From Eledone cirrhosa (lineage: Eukaryota): a DNA stretch of 64,000 nucleotides. Shown in pieces: positions 56,080-64,000 of the stretch. Numbering within the stretch: position 1 is the stretch's first letter; each line of letters begins with the position of its first letter. The notes under the pieces are model-generated. The model saw only the letters and a list, made by a program, of their open reading frames with translations. It was not told the DNA's origin and did no database searches. The DNA lies in assembly GCA_964016885.1 (NCBI GenBank), contig OZ024750.1, positions 32,302,001 to 32,366,000 of the forward strand, written 5' to 3'. Position numbers and translations under genes: made by a program.

Positions 56080-56906
56080 CAGATTAGAGCAAACATCACG
56101 GACGCTCTATCTCAAAATTATTTTTGAAAAGCATTAGAAATGCGCAACCGGTAAAACTTAAAAGCAAAACTGAATACTAAACAATACTATTACTAATTTT
56201 CACTTATTCCTAATTAAACTATTTTTCACTGTGAACAATTTGTCAGCATTTTCTTTTCCGTTTACCAATATATCATAACTTGTGTGTTACACCTCTATTC
56301 TTTTAAATATATATATATATATATATATTTTATAAACCTGACGGCCGTATGTATGTAACAAACCTTTCGCCAAACGGCTGGACCAAACAGCACCAACATT
56401 TGCACCTTAGATGTAACTTTTTCTAAGTAAGAAAGTGAAGCTATTTTTGTCTACTGAAGTTTGTTAAAAGATTAAAGACATTATTTAAATATTCACTTCT
56501 TTAAAATTTCAAATGTCAACAATTCCGGTTATACAACATTCCTCTCTCTCTTTCTTAGCCTGTCTTTTTAGATAGATACAGCTATAACGTTGCACCCTTA
56601 CAATATGTCTCTGTATGTCTGCTTGTCTGCATTAGGCCGATAAGATCAGTAACCTCCGCAGTAGTGAAAGAGTGAAGAATAACATGGTCGGCTGTACAAA
56701 AAGGGTTTTATTTACAATATTAACAATTGTTTCATTGATCAGATGAGTCTAAAGGCAGCTGATTACTCGAAATTGCGTCCTCGACCTTAAATACAGTGTA
56801 TGTCTCTGATCAAATCATCGGAATACTCTAACTTGATTACCTAAAACGATAACTTATTATCCCATATATATATATATATACTCACACACACACATACTCC
56901 CCCCCC

Positions 56907-56949
<43 letters not shown>

Positions 56950-57036
56950 CAAAGAGGGTGTGGTAAGATACCAGGTTGTCCATAATGCACCAGAGTACTC
57001 GATACATGGAGTAGTAGATTGGGTAATATAAAAAAA

Positions 57037-57130
57037 TTCAAGACCCGACGGCTGAGGTCCGATCGTTTCGACAGCTAGATTCGGATCTAGCTGTCGAAAC
57101 GGCCGGAGCTTAGCCGTCGGGGTCCTGAAT
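57037..57130. repeat. GC-rich fold-back made of two inverted HHR 3' halves
   Basis: CGTTTCGACAGCTAGAT-tcgg-ATCTAGCTGTCGAAACG. The right arm reads GAA-ACGGC-loop-GCCGT-C. Confidence 0.7.
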
Positions 57131-58132
57131 CTTTTCATATATATATATATATATATTTACCTACTCCTACCGAGGTTAGACATGTTTTTCTTTGCTCTCC
57201 CGAATTCACCGTCAACAAAAGCCTCTGACTTTTCTCTCTCCCTCCCCATTACTTACATACATACATGTGCTTCTCATGTTCCCCTCTTTTTCGATATGCT
57301 CTCAGCGTTTTCTTTTCCTTTTTTTTCCCTTCTGTCTACCCCCCCCCCCCCCCCCATAACTGGAGTTAGACATATTCTCTTTAATGCATTGAAATATACC
57401 TGATCTCCAGCAGACAGCTGAAGAAGGAATTGTCCCCCGCTTGTTCTTTGCTTTTATTTTAAAAAATATATATATATATATACCCTTTTCCTCTTAAGAA
57501 CAGTCTATGCGGTAATATTTTCTGGTTTCCACTGTTTTTCTATTCTCCCTTTAACCAAAGCGTTAATACGTTCAAGCACTTTCTGTTTGTTATTCAAACC
57601 GCCAAGAGCATATATAGTTATTCCCTAGGTTCATTAGGAAAGTAGATGACATTTAGATTACACTGGTGAAAATCACTTACGCCTGCTGAGCGTTGGCTAT
57701 ACAATATATATTGAAATGTTCACTCATATCGTCTTACTTTAGGTATTACAAATGCGTTTCTTCTAATATAAAATATTGCCACTATCCTGTACTATACAAT
57801 ATTGATAAGAATGCTTTCGAATATTTTGTTTTATTTTAGCTGTTTAGCTTTCGTTTTGTTTATTTATCAATTGATTTTCTATTATGCTGGAATACAATAT
57901 TATTCGATTCCTCCTACGCGGATTTGGAAATTATGTTTCAAAATAAAATATGGTTTTCCTAAAAGATATTTTCCTTTTTCTAATTTATATTTAGTGAATC
58001 ATACTCTAGTCGCCTTTAGGGCAATGTTCGTGATTTTTAATATCGAACCATTGTAACTGATTCCGCTTAACTTTCATACATTTCTAGAATGTTCTTTCTG
58101 GTTTTATTTTGCTGATAGAAAAAGGAACAACA

Positions 58133-58470
<338 letters not shown>

Positions 58471-58822
58471 ATAGTATATTTCTTATTTGATACTTCGTGT
58501 CCGGCTGAAATGTATGTTGTTGCCTTTAAGCGATCTCTTATATGCATACATACATACATGGTGGTGGCTGCCAACTCGTTTTCGAGTACGGCCACTACTT
58601 TATATCCATGTAGGAGAACCCCTACCGATGCGCTGAACGAGTGTGACTTTTTAGTCCAGCCAGCGACTTGAAAACTCTGGTACAAACACTACACTTGTGA
58701 CAATTATTGACACATAGTGCCAGGCCCATGGTACCATGTGATGACAAGTGCAGAGAGATCTCCAGATATAAAGCAATGCCTGTGCCGTGAAGCTTTTATA
58801 GTGAGCAAAGGCACTGCACAAA

Positions 58823-59996
58823 GTCAGTCCCCTCTTGGTTCTGACATCTAGTAGGATGTAGAACACCATCTTCATAGAGCGAAGCTGGGCATTCTTCTGT
58901 TTTGGTTGAGATAGTCAGTCCCCTCTTGGTTCTGACATCTAGTAGGATGTAGAACACCATCTTCATAGAGCGAAGCTGGGCATTCTTCTGTTTTGGTTGA
59001 GATAGTCAGTCCCCTCTTGGTTCTGACATCTAGTAGGATGTAGAACACCATCTTCATAGAACGAAGTTGGGCATTCTTCTGTTTTGGTTGAGATAGTCAG
59101 TCCCCTCTTGGTTCTGACATCTAGTAGGATGTAGAACACCATCTTCATAGAACGAAGCTGGGCATTCTTCTGTTTTGGTTGAGATAGTCAGTCCCCCTCT
59201 TGGTTCTGACATCTAGTAGGATGTAGAACACGATCTTCATAGAACGAAGCTGGGCATTCTTCTGTTTTGGTTGAGATAGTCACTCCCCCTCTTGGTTCTG
59301 ACATCTAGTAGGATGTAGAACACCATCTTCATAGAACGAAGCTGGGCATTCTTCTGTTTTGGTTGAGATAGTCACTCCCCCTCTTGGTTCTGACATCTAG
59401 TAGGATGTAGAACACCATCTTCATAGAACGAAGTTGGGCATTCTTCTGTTTTGGTTGAGATAGTCAGTCCCCTCTTGGTTCTGACATCTAGTAGGATGTA
59501 GAACACCATCTTCATAGAACGAAGCTGGGCATTCTTCTGTTTTGGTTGAGATAGTCAGTCCCCCTCTTGGTTCTGACATCTAGTAGGATGTAGAATACCA
59601 TCTTCATAGAACGAAGCTGGGCATTCTTCTGTTTTGGTTGAGATAGTCAGTCCCCCTCTTGGTTCTGACATCTAGTAGGATGTAGAATACCATGTTCATA
59701 GAACGAAGCTGGGTATTCTTCTGCTTTGGTTGAGATAGTCAGTCCCCCTCTTGGTTCTGACATCTAGTAGGATGTAGAACACCATGTTCATAGAACGAAG
59801 CTGGGCATTCTTCTGTTTTGGTGGAGATAGTCAGTCTCCCTCTTGGTTCTGATATCTAGTAGGATGAAGAACACCGTCTCCATAGAACGAAGCTGGGCAT
59901 TCTTCTGTTTTGGTTGAGATAGTCAGTCCCCTCTTTGTTCTGACATCTAGTAGGATGTAGAACACCGTCATCATAGAACGAAGCTGGGCATTCTTC
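58823..59996. repeat. 91/92-bp minisatellite, 13 cores
   Basis: GTCA(G/C)TCCCC starts at 58823, 58914, 59005, 59096, 59187, 59279, 59371, 59463, 59554, 59646, 59738, 59830, 59922. Confidence 0.95.
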
Positions 59997-60349
59997 AGGA
60001 CCCTGCAGTGTCAGAACATCACGAGCTCATGAGAAGAGAGCAGAGTGAGCTGCTTATGCCTGGATGTAAGTGGAACGAGACTTTCCAGTTTATAGAAGAA
60101 GTGGCTACTCTTATTGTAACCTTAATTTCTATTTGCCTGTCTTTCTTCTTTATCTATCACGAGCCAACGCACTCTTTCAATCATGTCTAGGTTTCACCTT
60201 CACAACTTTACTATTATCAATAGCAACTACTGGCCACTGATTTCTGTCCTTAAATGTATTTTTACCCGCCTTGCTTTTCTCAATGACGTCAATCGACTGT
60301 TTTAACAGCTATTCGTTCCGTTCGAGTTTTCAAATTATTCCTATGAATA

Positions 60350-60690
60350 TACGTATGCTTGTGTGTGAATGCATATATGCATATACGCATATACACAAAT
60401 ACACAATACATTTATGCATATATGTATTTGTGTATATGTATGTATGTACGTACGTATGTATGTATGTATTTATGCATGTATGTATGTATGCATATATGTA
60501 TGTGTGTGTAAGTGAATGCATACGTGAATGTATGAATGCACGTACATATGTATGTATGTGTGTATGTATATGTGTATGTGCCTGTGTATATGTATGTGTT
60601 TGTACGTATGCGTGTTAGTATTTATGTATGCATGTATGTATTTATGCATGTATGCATTTATGTATGAATGTATGTTAGTTTGCATGTTTT
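60350..60690. repeat. (TATG)n-like microsatellite
   Basis: Direct reading. Confidence 0.9.
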
Positions 60691-61804
60691 AATCTATCTG
60701 CTCTGTATCGAGTTTCATACGCCCCCATCTCACTTTCGTTGCCCTAACTGCAGTGATGCAGTGATTAGTTCGCTGGAAACCTGTAATCAACTTTGTTATT
60801 GTTCTGCAACTTTACAAAATACCGAATAAATAAATGAGAATAATACTCCATCTCTTGAAAGAAAGAAAAACAATCCTTAAACACTTACATCCATGGAATA
60901 GGTAATATATGGAATACGTTGTGTATGATTTAAGTTTAATTTGATTACATAGCTGCTTTGCACGCCTCACTGAATTTATAACCATAGTTTCTGACAGTTG
61001 GATATAATGAAATTTAAGAGAAACTAACACAAACCAATATTTCCTGCGTCAGTTCACTAATGAGCAATTGTGACATTTCCGGCTAATATTTATTTTCAGA
61101 GGTGGTCTTTACTCGCCTCATTATAGTTACATCACTGGGCTGTGAGAATTTTCTTGAGAGCTAAATGAGTCACCCATTGCTCCATCTCCCTTAGTAGTTT
61201 ACCGTTGTTGGTCCAGGGGTTGCTTATTCAACCGGCAGGTACCCGTTTATGTCGCAACTAACCATCATACTAAGTCACCGTATCGCTATCCACGACTTGC
61301 GACCTGTTCTCTAGTAAACCAGCTCTGCTGAAAAATATTTTCAAGTTACGTATCTAAATAACCATATACACAACCGGATACTAGGAATATATTTGAATAT
61401 ACTTATTTAATCATTTTAAACAACTGTTTTGAGCTAGTAAGCCATTACAGACTAGGAGAGGTATCTAATAGCTCGTACGAAAAAATAACTGTGAGACTGA
61501 GAGAGAAAAGAGAAAGGACAACCTCAGCGGGAGGGCAAAATAATCATGAATAGGGGAAAAGGTGAAAAACGTGAACAACTAACTATAAAGCAGCCGAAAG
61601 TTTCAGATATTTAATTTTTTCGTAACTTCCATGTATTGAAAGATCTTGTTTATAGTTTATAGAACTTTGACAATTCTTCTGCAGATGCCGATTCTTACCA
61701 TGTGAGAATCTTTTTTTTTTTTCCTTTATATGGCAACTAGTGTTTTCCAAGTGTGTCTTTAACACTACACCATCGGGAATTTATAAAGAAAAATAACAAA
61801 ATTT

Positions 61805-62460
61805 AGCGGAATTATTTGAGCGTCTGGCAAAATACTTCGTAGTATGTGTTTTGGCTATTTACGTTTAAATCACACGAAATTTTAACTTTGCATTTCATCC
61901 TTCCGGGATCGATAAAAAAAAATAGCAGCCAAGTGCTGGGATCGATAATGTAAAGTATCAGCAATGTGTTGACGGGGATGGAGTCGATAAAATACAGTAC
62001 CAGCCAAGAGCTGGCATCGATACAATGTATAGGTGGTGGGTGGGTTAATTCAATATTTAGATTGCTGTCCTTGTGCTTAAATTGGTAATATCAATACAGC
62101 GTCGGACAACAAGCTTCACAGTATAGAGTTGCGGCTCTTTACGCTCTACGTTCAAATCCCACCGAGGTTAGCTTTGCCTTTCATCCTTACGAGGTCGATA
62201 AAATAAAGTACCAGTAATGCACTGAGGTCGATGTAATCGACTCCCCCCCCTTTCACATTGCCGGCCTTGTGCCTCAAGTAGAAACAATTAGTACTGTAAT
62301 GAGCATGGATTTGGCAGAATCGCTAAAATTCTGGACAAAATACATTGTGATGCACTGTTACACTTCGTCACGTTCCGAGTTCAAATCCCAGTCAAGTCAA
62401 CCCTGCGTCACATTATTCATGCGTCGAAAACATGAAGTACCAATGAAGTACTGAGATCAA
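61805..62460 (+). mobile_element. Cluster of three SINE family 1 copies (best: 62098-62290)
   Basis: Conserved body and B box recur. Confidence 0.7.
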
Positions 62461-62470
62461 CTTAGTTTTA

Positions 62471-62826
62471 CGAGGGTCGTCTGAAACATCCCAGGATGAC
62501 TCTGAAGGAGTCATGCTAAGCTGTGATTAATTTCTGTGATTAATTGCTTGCATTAATTTCAACTCTGCTTTTTAATAACTGCATCGTTTCCTTCCAGGGA
62601 CCATGTTGAAATATAAACCCCTCATGAGGGAATCTTGGTCAGCCTATGAAGGAGAGATGCGAAGCTGTGAAATCTTGCGCGCATTAATTTCAACTCTTTT
62701 TATTAATAACTGTATTGTTTGTTCGCAGGAAATATGTTGAAAAATAAACCTTACTTGGTCATTTTATGAGAGTATCTTGGTCAGCCTTTGAACTCTTTAG
62801 CTTATGAACGCCTCAGCCAACCCTCG
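62471..62826. mobile_element. mariner-like MITE with TA target duplication
   Basis: TA-CGAGGGT ... ACCCTCG-TA. Internal duplication of about 62550-62650 at 62681-62790. Confidence 0.6.
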
Positions 62827-63467
62827 TAATATATATTAACCAACATAGATCTAGTTTATGTTAACATAGCTATAGAAAGCACAGAAGTCATTAGCTGTTC
62901 AATGAGTATATTCTCGTAAAATTAATAGTTTTTTCTTCTATAGTTCAATAATCTTTCATAAACTTATTTGCCCATTCGTATTTAAACATTCTGTAAACTG
63001 TTTTATTCACTTCAATTCAAACAGTTTCGGCTTAATTTTAGTTAGTGAGGTGCCTTTAAATATTAACGTTTGGTTAATGATTTTTAACATTCATACGTAA
63101 CGTCTATTTACTATGAAGTTTAAATCCCAAGACATAGCTTCTTGGTAGACACTGAGATTAATTCAAGTTTGCAAGACGACTGATCACATTAGCTATTATG
63201 AAATGACATTTTATATATTTATGGTCTCCATAACATCGATTCATACCTGTTCACTTACTAAAGACAAGGAAATGGTATGTCTTATTTTATATAATGTTAT
63301 CTCTCTTTTCTGCTTGTCTTAATTCTGTTGATTATCTTGTGATGTTTAATTCTACGTCATGTTCTGTCCATCGCAGGAAAACGGTTATTCCACAGAGCTT
63401 TCATAGAATAATTTTGCACTTATCTTAAATCTATGATTTATGGTTTGAACATGTCTTATATATATAT

Positions 63468-63525
<58 letters not shown>

Positions 63526-64000
63526 TGTGTGTGTGTGTGTTTAAGTATCGAGAGAGAGAAGAAGAGATAGGCGAGTTAATTGCCAATAGCATATGCAAAA
63601 GTGCTCAATACTAGTGCCTGCAGTACTAAATATTAGAAGTGTTAATATCTAGTGGGCGAGAATATAAGCAGAGCGGATACACGTGAAGATTTATATAATG
63701 GAGAACAAACCGTTAAAACATGTTTATTTAAAAACAGCACCTACTTACGTTTCGCCCGAAACGTCTTCTCAAGTAAAAGACAAGCCCTTTCGGGTGCTGC
63801 AAACAAACATCTGGAAACTAACCATGCATCCCAGACCCGGCGTGAATCGACAATGGTAAAGCAGTACCCACAAGGTATTAACGGGTAACAAATACCTTGG
63901 GGAACACTGCTCTAACACCGGGTAGAGTTATCTCCCTTGATCTACTGCAAAATAAATACATGTGGTTTACGAAAAATGAACGGTGATGTGAACCTATCTT

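Noticed and set aside
56330-56430. Helitron-like 5' text (GTATGT...AAACGGCTGGACC)
   Set aside because: No 3' hairpin/CTAG end identified.
58823-59996. CRISPR-like appearance of the 91-bp array
   Set aside because: The linkers are essentially identical rather than unique spacers, no cas genes are present, and the context is eukaryotic.
63738-63800. Minus-strand TACT..GAAGA...GAAACGTA-AGTA motif; similar relic at 56738-56785
   Set aside because: Core is not canonical and helix II is poor; probable decayed HHRs only.

Overview
AT-rich animal DNA dense in (TA)n/(TAYA)n microsatellites. The SINE content and repeat style suggest an octopus/cephalopod genome (inference). No intact host gene, RNA gene or CRISPR array is supported, and nearly all listed ORFs are microsatellite artefacts. 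The window holds many tRNA-derived SINEs, RTE-type LINE 3' ends, a few DNA-transposon relics and several minisatellites. The notable signal is a hammerhead-ribozyme (HHR) retroelement system. It comprises a 5'-truncated Penelope-like element (PLE) with a GIY-YIG endonuclease remnant and 3 HHRs (3447-8261), and three distinct non-coding tandem families (A 466 bp, B 430-451 bp, C 310 bp) with one type I HHR per unit. There are about 15 recognisable HHRs plus decayed ones. Most of these insertions sit in TA-rich microsatellite as head-to-head palindromes. Families A and B share a conserved octamer + PSE-like + TATA block just upstream of the ribozyme, suggesting self-transcribed, snRNA-promoter-driven retrozymes mobilised by PLEs. 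All structures were read by eye; nothing was searched or folded computationally.
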